NCBI GenBank assembly: GCA_963716985.1
Contig: OY970323.1
Location: forward strand, 352,001 to 416,000
Source of the DNA: an uncultured bacterium
GTDB taxonomy: Bacteria > Chlamydiota > Chlamydiia > Chlamydiales > SM23-39
Direction: 5' to 3'
Length of the DNA: 64,000 nt
The position numbers and the translations under genes were made by a program. The notes beneath the pieces are model-generated. The model was not told the DNA's origin. It worked only from the letters and a program-made list of their open reading frames with translations, and did no database searches. Position 1 is the first letter of the stretch; every line of letters begins with the position of its first letter. Of the stretch, positions 49,218 through 59,380 are shown in pieces.

Positions 49218-50153
49218 GTGTCCCCCATTCTTTCTGTTACTCATTTGCGAAAAGTTTATCCCGGACAAAAAGAGCGGCCGGCGGTCGATGGGATCTCATT
49301 TGAGCTGAGAGAGAAAGAGATTTTAGGGCTGCTCGGCCCCAACGGATCTGGCAAAACAACCACGATCCAGATGCTTTTGGGAACGCTTTCCAAAACCTCG
49401 GGATCGATCGTTTATTTTGGAAAGGATTTCGATCAACATAGATCTTGGATTTTAGAGAATATTACCTATGCGAGCACCTATACCAGCCTTCCTTGGCTCT
49501 TGTCTGTGGGGGAAAACCTGGAGGTCATCGGGCGGCTTTATGGACTCGCTCCCAAAGAAAGCGCAAAGCGATTCCTCCCGCTCTTGGAGCGTTTTGGAAT
49601 ACTGAACCTAAAAGATCGTCCCATCAAAGCTCTTTCGGCAGGACAGGTCACGAGGGTGATGCTGGTCAAGGCCTTTTTTATCGCGCCCAAAATTGTGCTG
49701 ATGGATGAGCCTACCGCGTCTTTGGACCCGAACATCTCAAGAGAAATTTGCGACTTCATACTCGAACAAAGAGAGAAAGCCGGCATATCCATTCTGTTTA
49801 CCTCTCATAAAATGGAAGAGGTGGCGAAGCTTTGCGATCGGGTCATCTTCTTAAAAAATGGAAAGATCGTTGCCGACGATCTGCCAAAAAATCTGGCGCG
49901 GCGCAATGCCCTGTTTTGTTTGCGGCTGACCTTCGTGCAATCGATGGACCTTGCAGTTGCTTTGGCAGAAAAAAATCATCTCGCCTATAAAGTCGACCAT
50001 CGCCTGCTGGAAATTTCTATAGAGGGGGAGCAGATCCCTTCTTTCTTAAATCGATTGGCGCAAGAGGGTATACTCTATCTCAATATCCAAATCGAAGAGC
50101 CTTCTTTAGAGGATTATTTTCACACTATTTCCGGAGCAAATGATGAGTCTTAG
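49218..50153 (+). CDS. ABC transporter ATP-binding protein
   Basis: GPNGSGKTT, LSAGQ, LMDEPT, TSH; start uncertain (49164 or 49218). Confidence 0.93.
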   Translation: MSPILSVTHLRKVYPGQKERPAVDGISFELREKEILGLLGPNGSGKTTTIQMLLGTLSKTSGSIVYFGKDFDQHRSWILENITYASTYTSLPWLLSVGENLEVIGRLYGLAPKESAKRFLPLLERFGILNLKDRPIKALSAGQVTRVMLVKAFFIAPKIVLMDEPTASLDPNISREICDFILEQREKAGISILFTSHKMEEVAKLCDRVIFLKNGKIVADDLPKNLARRNALFCLRLTFVQSMDLAVALAEKNHLAYKVDHRLLEISIEGEQIPSFLNRLAQEGILYLNIQIEEPSLEDYFHTISGANDES

Positions 50154-50925
50154 CCGCATGCGAGGGGTTTTTTTTCGCTACTTTCATGAATTGTATAAGG
50201 GCCCACGTGCTCTGGCCGATCTTTTTTATTGGCCGCTTGTAGACATCCTTCTTTGGGGGCTGACATCGGTTTGGCTCTTGAGCCAACACAACGTTTCCAA
50301 CCTTCCTTTGATTTTGATGACGGGCCTTGTTTTTTGGCAGATCACATGGAGGGGAGGGATCGATATTTCCGTGAACTTGCTGCAGGAGTTTTGGTGCCGC
50401 AATCTCGTGAATCTTTTTTCGACCCCATTAAAAATTTCCGAATGGTGCGCGGGCATTCTTCTCATTTGCTGTGCCAAGCTTTTGATAACGATTGCATTTT
50501 GCGCCGGCGTGGTCTATCTGCTCTATTCGCTCAACGTGTTTCAAATGGGCTGGACCTTTCTTCCCTTTGCTTCTTCCCTCATGATTTTTGGTTGGGTCAT
50601 CGGGTTTTTGACTGCCAGCGTCATTATCTACTGGGGACAACAGATGGAGGCGCTTGCTTGGATGACGGGATGGGTTTTTGCTCCTTTTAGCGCGGTTTTT
50701 TATCCGGTAGCGACTCTGCCCGAGTGGGCCCATACAATTGCTTGGTCTCTGCCGACGACCTATATTTTTGAAGGGATGCGGCAGATCTTGAGCACATCCG
50801 CTTTCCCGGCGCATTATTTTTGGATCAGCATGGCTTTGAATGCAGTCTATTTGACCGGATCGATTTTTCTTTTTAAATTTTCTTTTGAGAAAAGCCGCTC
50901 GAAAGGTCTTGCAAGGCTCGAATAA
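50140..50925 (+). CDS. ABC-2 type permease
   Basis: Six TM segments; SAVFYPVATLPEW, LPTTYIFEGMR. Confidence 0.88.
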   Translation: MMSLSRMRGVFFRYFHELYKGPRALADLFYWPLVDILLWGLTSVWLLSQHNVSNLPLILMTGLVFWQITWRGGIDISVNLLQEFWCRNLVNLFSTPLKISEWCAGILLICCAKLLITIAFCAGVVYLLYSLNVFQMGWTFLPFASSLMIFGWVIGFLTASVIIYWGQQMEALAWMTGWVFAPFSAVFYPVATLPEWAHTIAWSLPTTYIFEGMRQILSTSAFPAHYFWISMALNAVYLTGSIFLFKFSFEKSRSKGLARLE

Positions 50926-50982
50926 AAATTTGAAAAAGATTCATCCGGAAGATAGAATAGATTGAGAGAAAAGGTGCGTTAA

Positions 50983-51723
50983 GTGAAAAAATTTGTTTTC
51001 CTGATCGTTCTTGTTTTTATCGGCCTGATCTTTTTCCACGTCAAGCATGAGGAGAAAGAAAATGGGTTTCGCATAGGAGTGGATCCCTATTTTTATTCTT
51101 TGAACTTTCATGGACAGGAAAAATGGATCTCCGCTTACCTCGGAGATCTTCTTTTGGAGCTTGCGGCAAAAGAGGGCGTGGAGTTTGAACGAGTGAATGC
51201 GAACTGGGATACGCTCTTGGAAGATCTGGGAAACCACTATGACGCCGTTGTGGGAGCAGTCCCCCCTTATAATTTTCTCGAGGAAAAATATACCTTTTCC
51301 CCCATTTTTCTTAGCACCGATCCCGTGCTGATCCTTCCGATCAACGCCCCAAATGACTCTTTGAAAAAAATGAAGGGGCTGATTGTCGGCATCGAAAAGG
51401 GGAGCCGCGATCTTTTGATCGTTCAGAAGTATCCGGAAGTATTTGTCAAAGAATTCAATTCGCTCGCAGAGCTTTTAGAGGCAGTGAACCTCGGGCAGAT
51501 CGACGGGGCGCTTGCCGGACAGGTTCCGGTTGCGACCTATATAAAAGATCTCTATGCCGGAAGGCTCAAAATGACCGAGCCTTTGTCTGAAGAAGAGGGG
51601 CTTCGATTCATTCTTCTCAAAAAAGAAAAGAAGGGATTGGCCTCTCTGTTGGAGAAAGGGGTGAAATCGCTGAAGAAGAAAAAACTTCTTGAGCTGCAGC
51701 GCAAGTGGAGCCTGCACCCTTAA
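50983..51723 (+). CDS. Amino-acid-type substrate-binding protein (family 3)
   Basis: N-terminal anchor, NWDTLLEDL, FSPIFL, GQIDGAL. Confidence 0.75.
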   Translation: MKKFVFLIVLVFIGLIFFHVKHEEKENGFRIGVDPYFYSLNFHGQEKWISAYLGDLLLELAAKEGVEFERVNANWDTLLEDLGNHYDAVVGAVPPYNFLEEKYTFSPIFLSTDPVLILPINAPNDSLKKMKGLIVGIEKGSRDLLIVQKYPEVFVKEFNSLAELLEAVNLGQIDGALAGQVPVATYIKDLYAGRLKMTEPLSEEEGLRFILLKKEKKGLASLLEKGVKSLKKKKLLELQRKWSLHP

Positions 51724-54281
51724 GTATAGAGAGAGTGTTCTTCAAATTCTTCTTGGACCTTTTGATAGATGGCGGTGTCGATCGGGCATTTTTCTAGGTG
51801 CCACACGGAATCTACGTAATTTTGGATCGAGCGGTCGGAAGAAAAATATCCCATCTTCGCGATGTTATGAATGGCCGTTTCCGCCCATCTGAGAGGAGTG
51901 GCCCAAAGATCCTCTACTTTCTTCTGCGCGTTATAGTAAGCGCGAAGATCTGCGATGACAAAATAGGGATCGGCAAATTCCTGTTGATATCCATCGAGAA
52001 GCTGGTCGTAAATTCGATGCAGCGCCTCATGTTCTTGCTGCGTCTTGGCCAGACTTCCGTCTTTTAAAGCGTCGACGGCTTTTTTGATGGCATCATCGGA
52101 GAGGTAGATCTCCCAAGCGGGGTTGCGCTTTTCTCTTCGGATCGTTTCGATCTCTTCGGCTTTCAATCCAAAGGAAAAGGGCCACCAGGCCTCCGTGACC
52201 TCTTTTTTCATTTCGATGTTAGCGCCATCTTCAGTTCCGAGGGTTAGAGCGCCATTCATGGTGAGCTTCATGTTGCCCGTTCCCGACGCTTCCATGCCGG
52301 CAGTGGATATTTGCTGCGAGAGGTCTGCGGCCGGGATGATGATTTCTGCTTTAGAGACATTATAGTTTTCAATGAAGGCGACTTTGAGACGGGGAGAGAC
52401 GACGGGATCGTTATTGATTGTTCGGGCGACGCAATTGATGAGACGAATGATGAGTTTGGCCATTTCATAGCCGGGGGCTGCTTTCCCGCCGATGATCGCC
52501 ATGCGCTTGATTTTTCGGGCTGATGGGTTATTTTGAATTTCGTGAAAAAGCATGATCAGATGAAGCGCGTTCATCAGCTGGCGCTTGTATTCATGAAATC
52601 GCTTGATCTGGACATCGACAAGGGCATCGACGTCGAGCGTTGTGGAGTGGTCCAGAATTTTTCCATTGAAGTCGCGGATGGGGTTTTCCTTAGAAAGAAA
52701 ATCAAAGAGATCTTTCTTGTTCTGTTTTTTGATCTCTAAAAACTCTTTCTGGCTCTCCTCATTGCTTGCAAATGCAGCCAATTTTTGAATTTGGGAAAAA
52801 TCATGGATCCAATCGCCCTGAATGCGCTTTGTGATGAATTGAGAGAGCCGGGCATTGCAGTGATGGAGCCATCTTCTTTGGGTGACCCCATTGGTGACGG
52901 AGAGAAATTTTTCCGGGAACAGGTCGACAAAATCGCGAAAGATCGACTTTTTTAACAGATCGGTATGCAGAGCGGATACGCCATTGATCTTTTTTGATCC
53001 GAATATGGCCAAATGGGCCATGCGGATCTGCCCGTTTTGGATAAGGGACATGCGTTCTACTTTTGCTTCGTCATTGGGGAAGCGAGAGCGTACCTGATTA
53101 CAAAAATCTTGGTTGATCTTTTGGATGATTTTGTATTGTCTTGGCAAAAGGTAGGCGACTCTTTTTTCGTTCCATTCTTCTAAGGATTCTTTGAGCATCG
53201 TATGGTTGGTGTAGTTGCAAATGTTTTGCGTTATCTCCCAGGCGCGGTTCCAGGAAAAATCATAATGGGTGATGAGCGAGCGCATGAGCTCTGCAATGAT
53301 GAGGGCCGGATGGGTATCATTGATTTGGATCTGCACTTTGTCTCCGAGAGAAGAGAGATCCCCATAAACGTGCAGGTGGTGTCTGAGGATGTCTTGGATG
53401 GATGCGGATACGAGCAAAAACTCTTGCTTCAGACGGATCCTTTTTCCCGTTTCGTGATTGTCGTTGGGATAGAGGACATCGGTGAGCGAAGTATTTTCCG
53501 ATGCTTGGTCGAGCTGTCCCGCATTGTACCTTTGCAGCTCGAAATTTTTCGGAGATTCCTTTGTGGACCAAAGACGCAGAGAAAGAACGGAAAATTTTTC
53601 TCCTTGGGGAGCATAGCCGATGATCGGAACATCATAGGGAAGAGCAAGCACTTCTTCTTGATCTTCGAGAGAATAGATTTCATCGCCGTGGCGGTTGGTT
53701 CCGGGGATGATCCTGCCTCGAAAGGAGACGTTTTGCGAGTGGGTGTCGGTCCGCCATTCCCAGGGATATTCATTCAAAAGCCAGCAATCGGGCCTCTCCA
53801 CTTGCACGCCATTCCAGATTTCTTGTTGGAATATTCCATACTGATAACGCAGCCCATAGCCCCATGCGGGATAATGCTGTGTGGCAAGTGTGTCCAAAAA
53901 ACAGGAAACCAGTCGGCCAAGGCCGCCATTTCCAAGGCCCGGTTCGGCATCATATTCTGCAACAGAGGAAAGAGATCGATTGGTTTTAGCAAGAATGGCT
54001 TGGAGAAGTTCTGTGGCATGGGTATTCGTCACTGCGGCAGAGCAGAGTTTGCCGGGGAGATATTCCATGGAAAAATAGTAGAGAGTGCGTGGTTTTTTCT
54101 CCTCATAGGTCTTGAGAGTTGCAAGCCAACGGAGCTTGACCTCTTCGCGAAGGGCCAAAGAGAACGCGCGATAGAACTGCTCATCGGAAGCATCTTTTTC
54201 CACCCTTCCCATATCGGTGATGAGAAAGTGCCTGATCTTTTGAAAAAGATGTTCGGCCGTCAAAGAAATAGGAATCGACAC
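51720..54281 (-). CDS. glgP: Glycogen phosphorylase
   Basis: GLGNGGLGRL, INDTHP, YTNHT, QIKRFHEYKRQ, EASGTGNMK (PLP Lys). Confidence 0.97.
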   Translation of the reverse strand: MSIPISLTAEHLFQKIRHFLITDMGRVEKDASDEQFYRAFSLALREEVKLRWLATLKTYEEKKPRTLYYFSMEYLPGKLCSAAVTNTHATELLQAILAKTNRSLSSVAEYDAEPGLGNGGLGRLVSCFLDTLATQHYPAWGYGLRYQYGIFQQEIWNGVQVERPDCWLLNEYPWEWRTDTHSQNVSFRGRIIPGTNRHGDEIYSLEDQEEVLALPYDVPIIGYAPQGEKFSVLSLRLWSTKESPKNFELQRYNAGQLDQASENTSLTDVLYPNDNHETGKRIRLKQEFLLVSASIQDILRHHLHVYGDLSSLGDKVQIQINDTHPALIIAELMRSLITHYDFSWNRAWEITQNICNYTNHTMLKESLEEWNEKRVAYLLPRQYKIIQKINQDFCNQVRSRFPNDEAKVERMSLIQNGQIRMAHLAIFGSKKINGVSALHTDLLKKSIFRDFVDLFPEKFLSVTNGVTQRRWLHHCNARLSQFITKRIQGDWIHDFSQIQKLAAFASNEESQKEFLEIKKQNKKDLFDFLSKENPIRDFNGKILDHSTTLDVDALVDVQIKRFHEYKRQLMNALHLIMLFHEIQNNPSARKIKRMAIIGGKAAPGYEMAKLIIRLINCVARTINNDPVVSPRLKVAFIENYNVSKAEIIIPAADLSQQISTAGMEASGTGNMKLTMNGALTLGTEDGANIEMKKEVTEAWWPFSFGLKAEEIETIRREKRNPAWEIYLSDDAIKKAVDALKDGSLAKTQQEHEALHRIYDQLLDGYQQEFADPYFVIADLRAYYNAQKKVEDLWATPLRWAETAIHNIAKMGYFSSDRSIQNYVDSVWHLEKCPIDTAIYQKVQEEFEEHSLYT

Positions 54282-54424
54282 ATAGATCCTTTTTTTTCCC
54301 TTTTACTAGAAAGGGGGCATTTTTTAAAGAAGGGAAAATGAAGAAAGGAACTTTTTCTTCGAAAAAAATGAATGAGGAGATAAGATCATTGGTTTTTACA
54401 CCCTATGAGGGAGAATTTTTTTGT

Positions 54425-54616
54425 ATGAAGCTCTTAAGAATTTTCACTATTTTATTGAGTAACTTTTTCTTCATCTCTCTTAGCGCCGATGAAAATGGTC
54501 CGGCCTCTCTGGCGGATCATGCAATGATCTCCAATCTTGTGACCCAAGAAGAGAAAGAGATTGCGATCGAAGAAGAAGATGAGGAAGACGAAGAGGATGA
54601 CGAGGAGGAGGATTGA
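54425..54616 (+). CDS. Small secreted acidic protein
   Basis: Signal-like MKLLRIFTILLSNFFFISLSA followed by a poly-E/D tail. Confidence 0.5.
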   Translation: MKLLRIFTILLSNFFFISLSADENGPASLADHAMISNLVTQEEKEIAIEEEDEEDEEDDEEED

Positions 54617-54622
54617 TCGGCG

Positions 54623-55351
54623 TTAGAAGAGCTTTTTTGGCTTTGGCAGAGCTTGCAGAAAGGGCTCGATTTCATGAGGCTTGAGTTCCCGGTAAGAACC
54701 CGGGGCAAGCGCGCCCAAAAGAAGGGATCCAATGCGTATTCTCTTGAGTTCCAGAAGAGTGAGGTTTGCGGCTGCCACAAGAAGGCGGATCTCATGCTTT
54801 TTCCCTTCTTTTACGGTGATTTTCATAGTGCCTTTTCGAACTTTGAGCACACGGGTGGGGCGGACGAAGCTCTCTTCCAGTTGAAGACCATCGGATAGTT
54901 GGGATAGATGTTCGTGAGAAAGGTCTTCTCGAACGCGAACGAGATACTCTTTGGCCACCTCGAACGAAGGATGCATGACTTTGTGGGCAAGGGTGCCGTC
55001 ATTTGTGACGATCAAGAGTCCGGATGTGAGCTTGTCCAGCCTGCCAATGCAAAAAAGACGGCCCTCTTTTTTCGGCAAGAGGTCGAAAATGAGCTTTTCT
55101 TTATTCAGGCGTCGATTGCTGCAAAGAAAACCTTCGGGCTTGTTGAGAAGGAAATAAAACTTTTTTTTGGCAGTATCTCTTGGAACCGGTGCGCCATTGA
55201 AGGAGATTTGATCCTTTTCTTCCACTTTTTGCTGGGGCAATAGAGTAACGACGCCATTGACGGAAATTTTTCCTTCGAAAACGAGTTTTTCGACCGATCT
55301 TCGAGAGCCAAGACCTAAACTTGCTAAAACTTTATTGAGTCTTTCTGCCAT
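54623..55351 (-). CDS. rluB: RsuA/RluB-family pseudouridine synthase
   Basis: S4 domain ERLNKVLA..GSRR, NKPEG, GRLDKLTSGLL, EGKKHEIR. Confidence 0.88.
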   Translation of the reverse strand: MAERLNKVLASLGLGSRRSVEKLVFEGKISVNGVVTLLPQQKVEEKDQISFNGAPVPRDTAKKKFYFLLNKPEGFLCSNRRLNKEKLIFDLLPKKEGRLFCIGRLDKLTSGLLIVTNDGTLAHKVMHPSFEVAKEYLVRVREDLSHEHLSQLSDGLQLEESFVRPTRVLKVRKGTMKITVKEGKKHEIRLLVAAANLTLLELKRIRIGSLLLGALAPGSYRELKPHEIEPFLQALPKPKKLF

Positions 55352-55439
55352 GTTCGGGACCATTTGATTTAAAAAGAATAAAGGCAGATCCTAGATAAAG
55401 GCAACCCAATTTTGGTTTTCAATTGAGGAAAAAAAATGT

Positions 55440-56141
55440 ATGAAGAAAAAATCGATTTTAATCCTTATGCGCCATGGCCAGTCGATCTGGAATGAGCGTA
55501 ATCTTTTCACCGGATGGGTAGATATCCCCTTGAGTAAAAAGGGAATAGAGGAGTCCATTGCAGGCGGAGAGAAAATGAAAGAAATCCCCATCGACTGCAT
55601 ATTTACATCCACCTTGATCCGCGGGCAGATGACCGCCTTTTTGGCGATGCTTTCTCACAAAAGCGGAAAAGTGCCCGTTTTTCACCACCCCAAAGAGGGA
55701 AAACGCGACAAGTGGGCAAAAATTTATTCGGAAGAGACGGAAAAACAGACGATCCCGGTCTTTGCTTCCTGGCATCTCAATGAGCGTATGTATGGGCAGT
55801 TGCAAGGTGTGAACAAAGACGAGATGCGGCGCAAATATGGGCCGCAGCAGGTGCAGCTCTGGCGGCGCAGTTATGATGTGGCCCCGCCGAAAGGAGAGAG
55901 CTTGCACATGACGGCAAAGAGGACGATTCCCTATTTTCGAAAAAAAATTCTTCCTCGTTTAAAAAAAGGAGAAAACGTTTTCATCGCAGCCCATGGAAAT
56001 TCCTTGCGATCGATCATGATGGATTTGGAAAAACTCTCCAAAGATGAGGTGGTCCACCTGGAACTTGTTACGGGCCAGCCGATCCTCTATCGATTTTTTG
56101 AGAATCGATGGGAAAAACTGAAAGAAAACGAGAGTGAGTAG
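55440..56141 (+). CDS. gpmA: 2,3-BPG-dependent phosphoglycerate mutase
   Basis: MRHGQS.WN, FTGWVD, LNERMYG, WRRSYD, AHGNSLR. Confidence 0.96.
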   Translation: MKKKSILILMRHGQSIWNERNLFTGWVDIPLSKKGIEESIAGGEKMKEIPIDCIFTSTLIRGQMTAFLAMLSHKSGKVPVFHHPKEGKRDKWAKIYSEETEKQTIPVFASWHLNERMYGQLQGVNKDEMRRKYGPQQVQLWRRSYDVAPPKGESLHMTAKRTIPYFRKKILPRLKKGENVFIAAHGNSLRSIMMDLEKLSKDEVVHLELVTGQPILYRFFENRWEKLKENESE

Positions 56142-56170
56142 AAAAATTTTGACAACGGTTCGGAGATAAC

Positions 56171-56434
56171 ATGAAGGAATGGAAAGATCTTACCCATGAA
56201 GAAAAAATCTCGAGCGTGGAACAGGTGCTTGAAGAGGAGATAAGGCCCTTTGTTGCAAGAGACGGAGGCGGCGTCAGACTGATCGAAATTCGAGGAGAGG
56301 ATCAGGTTGTCATCGCCTATGAGGGCGCTTGCAGGGGTTGTTTTGCCGCGACTACCTCGACGCTTGCTGTGATCCAGGAAATTTTGAGAGAAAAACTCTT
56401 TTCGAACATCGTCGTTGTTCCGGAGGAGTTTTGA
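56171..56434 (+). CDS. NifU C-terminal (Nfu) domain protein
   Basis: IRPFVARDGGGV, YEGACRGC. Confidence 0.88.
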   Translation: MKEWKDLTHEEKISSVEQVLEEEIRPFVARDGGGVRLIEIRGEDQVVIAYEGACRGCFAATTSTLAVIQEILREKLFSNIVVVPEEF

Positions 56435-57642
56435 AAAGAGAAGATTTTGCGTTTTGCGAAGAGAAAAATTGCAATCCCAATCGACTCATCATCGATCTTG
56501 CCGCGATTGGCAAGAACGTGGATTTGCTGAAAAACCATTTTCCAAAATCGACGCGCATGATGGCGATTTTGAAGGCCAATGCGTACGGAACAAACTATGC
56601 GATTTTGGGACAATATCTCCAAGAAGCCGGAATCGATATCGTGGGAGCTGCGAATCTGATCGAAGCTCTTTTCTTCAAGAGGATCGGAGTGGAGCAGGAG
56701 ATTTTTCTTCTGCATGCTTATGATCAAGAAGCCTCTCTTATCGTGAAGAATGGATTTGTTGTCGCAGTCGATGAGCCATGCCTGATTCAGGCGCTCCAAA
56801 AAGAGGCGAAAGAGAAAAAAAAGATCATAAAAGTACACCTGAAGATCGAAACGGGCATGGGGCGCTTTGGCTGTGACCCAAAAGAGGCTCTCAGTCTTGC
56901 CCTTCTCATGCAGCAATCCAGCCATCTTCATCTCGAGGGATTATCGACCCATTTTTCTTGTGCGGATGTGGAGGGAAAAGAGGATTTTACCTATGCCCAA
57001 TACGAAAAATTTTGCGCGGTATTGCAGCTCTTAAGAAAAGAGGGGATCGATCCGGCGTATCGCCATGCGGCCAATTCGAGCGGTTCGATGCGATTTGATC
57101 TGCCGGAGTGCAACATGGTGCGCATCGGTCTTGCCCTTTATGGCATACCGCCGTGCATATTTGGAGAAAAAACTCTGGCCCTAGAGCCCAGCTTGACGCT
57201 CCAATCAAGGATCGTCAAAATTGCTTCCTATGAAAAGGGGCACCCGATCGGCTACGGAGGCTCCTACGTTGTGCAAAAAGAAAAAGAGAAAATTGCCGTT
57301 ATTCCCATTGGCTATTTTGACGGACTCCATCAGCAATATCGAACTGCTTCTCTTCTCATTCGGGGAAAAAAAGCCCCCATTGTGGGAAAGATCTGTATGG
57401 ACTACCTCATGTGCGACGTGACAAGCATTCCCGAGGCGGTTGTGGGAGATAGAGTGGTTCTTTTCGGCAGAGATGGTTTTGGAAATGAAGTTTCTCCTCA
57501 AGTCTTTGCAGATCTTGGGAGATGCGACGTGCGGCAGTTTATCTGCTGTTTGGGGCCAAGAATCGAGCGCGTTTTGCTTCCTCTGCCGCCAAAAACCCAT
57601 CGGCTTTTTCAAAAGAGCAATCTAAACAACCAGCTCAGTTAA
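56431..57642 (+). CDS. alr: Alanine racemase
   Basis: LKANAYG, HLKIETGMGRFG, STHFSCAD, HAANS, VRIGLALYG, IGYGG, GKICMD; probable TTG start overlapping the nifU stop. Confidence 0.9.
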   Translation: MKREDFAFCEEKNCNPNRLIIDLAAIGKNVDLLKNHFPKSTRMMAILKANAYGTNYAILGQYLQEAGIDIVGAANLIEALFFKRIGVEQEIFLLHAYDQEASLIVKNGFVVAVDEPCLIQALQKEAKEKKKIIKVHLKIETGMGRFGCDPKEALSLALLMQQSSHLHLEGLSTHFSCADVEGKEDFTYAQYEKFCAVLQLLRKEGIDPAYRHAANSSGSMRFDLPECNMVRIGLALYGIPPCIFGEKTLALEPSLTLQSRIVKIASYEKGHPIGYGGSYVVQKEKEKIAVIPIGYFDGLHQQYRTASLLIRGKKAPIVGKICMDYLMCDVTSIPEAVVGDRVVLFGRDGFGNEVSPQVFADLGRCDVRQFICCLGPRIERVLLPLPPKTHRLFQKSNLNNQLS

Positions 57643-58515
57643 ATAGCGCTCGCCGCGGTCGGGAAGAACCGTGACGACGTTTTTATATTTTTTCGTCAGC
57701 ATCTCGGCTGCGATCACATTCGCCCCCGAGCTCACTCCCACCAAAAGGCCATTTTCTTTGGCAAGTTCCTTGGTCCTTCGGAAAGCATCCGGACTCGAGA
57801 TGGCGATGACATCGTCGATCACAGCGCGATTATTCTTGATGATGTCGGGAATAAACCCCTCGCCGATTCCATAAATTTTATGAACTCCCGCTTTCCCTCC
57901 CGAGAGCACGGCAGATTCTTTGGGCTCGACGACGACGATTCTTACTTTCGGATTGATTTTCTTTAGCGCAAGTCCCACTCCGATGATCGTTCCCCCCGTC
58001 CCGGCTCCTGCAACGAAGGCGTCGACATGCCCTACCTGTTCGATGATTTCTTTCCCTAGGAATTTTTCGTTTTCTTCTATGTTGTCTTCATTGCTAAATT
58101 GTCTTGGGTAAAAGGCCGTTTTGTTTTTCTTGACGATCCGGTCATACTCTTCAAAAGCACCTTCAATATCTTTTTCGGCGGGTGTTAAAATGATTTCTGC
58201 GCCGAAGAGCTTCATGATTTTTACGCGCTCGACGCTCATCGAGCCCGGCAAGACGGCGATGAACTTGTAGCCTTTGAGGGCCGCAATCATGGCAAATGCG
58301 ATCCCGGTGTTCCCGGAGGTGATTTCGATGATGGTTTGTCCCTTTTTGAGCATTCCCGATTTTTCTGCTTTTTCGATGATATAAAGAGCCATTCGATCCT
58401 TGATGCTGCCGCTCGGATTGGTCGTCTCGAGCTTGGCATACACCTGGCCGATTTTGATCATGGGCGTATGGCCAATGGTTCCTAAGATATTGGGAAAAAC
58501 GGTGTTTGGGGGCAT
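57622..58515 (-). CDS. cysK: Cysteine synthase (O-acetylserine sulfhydrylase family)
   Basis: KLETTNPSGSIKDR, TSGNTG, GAGTGGT, GIGEGFIP, GVSSGAN, PDRGERYL. Confidence 0.9.
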   Translation of the reverse strand: MPPNTVFPNILGTIGHTPMIKIGQVYAKLETTNPSGSIKDRMALYIIEKAEKSGMLKKGQTIIEITSGNTGIAFAMIAALKGYKFIAVLPGSMSVERVKIMKLFGAEIILTPAEKDIEGAFEEYDRIVKKNKTAFYPRQFSNEDNIEENEKFLGKEIIEQVGHVDAFVAGAGTGGTIIGVGLALKKINPKVRIVVVEPKESAVLSGGKAGVHKIYGIGEGFIPDIIKNNRAVIDDVIAISSPDAFRRTKELAKENGLLVGVSSGANVIAAEMLTKKYKNVVTVLPDRGERYLTELVV

Positions 58516-58583
58516 GGAACAATCCTTTTTTATTGGGTCCTAAAACTTGCAAATAGCTGAAGAGAACGTTTTTTGCACGTTTT

Positions 58584-59333
58584 TTAAATTGGGAAAAGGT
58601 CTCCGGAGAGAAAACTTTTCCTCTCGTTTGTTTTGGGAAAATAAAGGTTCAGAGATCCGTCTTCTCCTATTGAGTCCAGAATCCCTTCGTACTGGTTTTT
58701 GCCGTCAAAGAATCGAACCTTTTGTTTTTTATAGGCTAAAAGAGAGTCGAACAAGGGAAGGAAAGGGGCAAACCCCTTTTTCTGAAACGTCTTGATAGTC
58801 TTCGAAAACTCTTTTTGCAGCAGCCCCAAGAGATGGGAGCGATCCCATAGCTTCTCAGTTTCGACAAAAAGAGAGGTGGCCGGCTGATCGATCGTGGCGA
58901 GCAGCTCTTTGGACATGTTCACGTTGATGCCGATGCCGAGAAAGATCTCGACGAGCTTGTTTTGGAAAGAGGTTTCGCAAAGAACTCCGGCGAGCTTTTT
59001 ATGGGAAAGCAGAAGGTCATTGGGCCATTTAATTTGTGGAGAGAGCTTAAGTTCTAGAAGAACATTTGCCAGGCTGATCGCAATGAGATGTGAGAGGCAG
59101 GAGAGTTGGGGAGTGTTTGCGGGGAGGCAAAAATAAAAGGTGATGTAGAGATTTTGCCCTTTGGGAGAAATCCATTTTCGATCATATCTGCCGCGACCTT
59201 GCGTTTGTTCGTCGGCGAGAATGCAGGTGATGTGATCTTTGGGGAAAGATGCGCTATTTGCTTTTGCCCACGTTTGGGTCGAATCGATCGTGTCGAAAGA
59301 AATAATTTGCATGTTTTTTCTCTCAAATTGCAT
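58584..59333 (-). CDS. birA: Biotin--protein ligase
   Basis: IDSTQ, QTQGRGR, IKWPND, KLAGVL, GIGIN. Confidence 0.93.
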   Translation of the reverse strand: MQFERKNMQIISFDTIDSTQTWAKANSASFPKDHITCILADEQTQGRGRYDRKWISPKGQNLYITFYFCLPANTPQLSCLSHLIAISLANVLLELKLSPQIKWPNDLLLSHKKLAGVLCETSFQNKLVEIFLGIGINVNMSKELLATIDQPATSLFVETEKLWDRSHLLGLLQKEFSKTIKTFQKKGFAPFLPLFDSLLAYKKQKVRFFDGKNQYEGILDSIGEDGSLNLYFPKTNERKSFLSGDLFPI

Positions 59334-59380
59334 TCTAATGCACCACTTGATTAGAATGCGAACGAAAAGCTTAAGAAGTT

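Noticed and set aside
53202..54341. 379-aa plus-strand ORF
   Set aside because: Antisense shadow of glgP.
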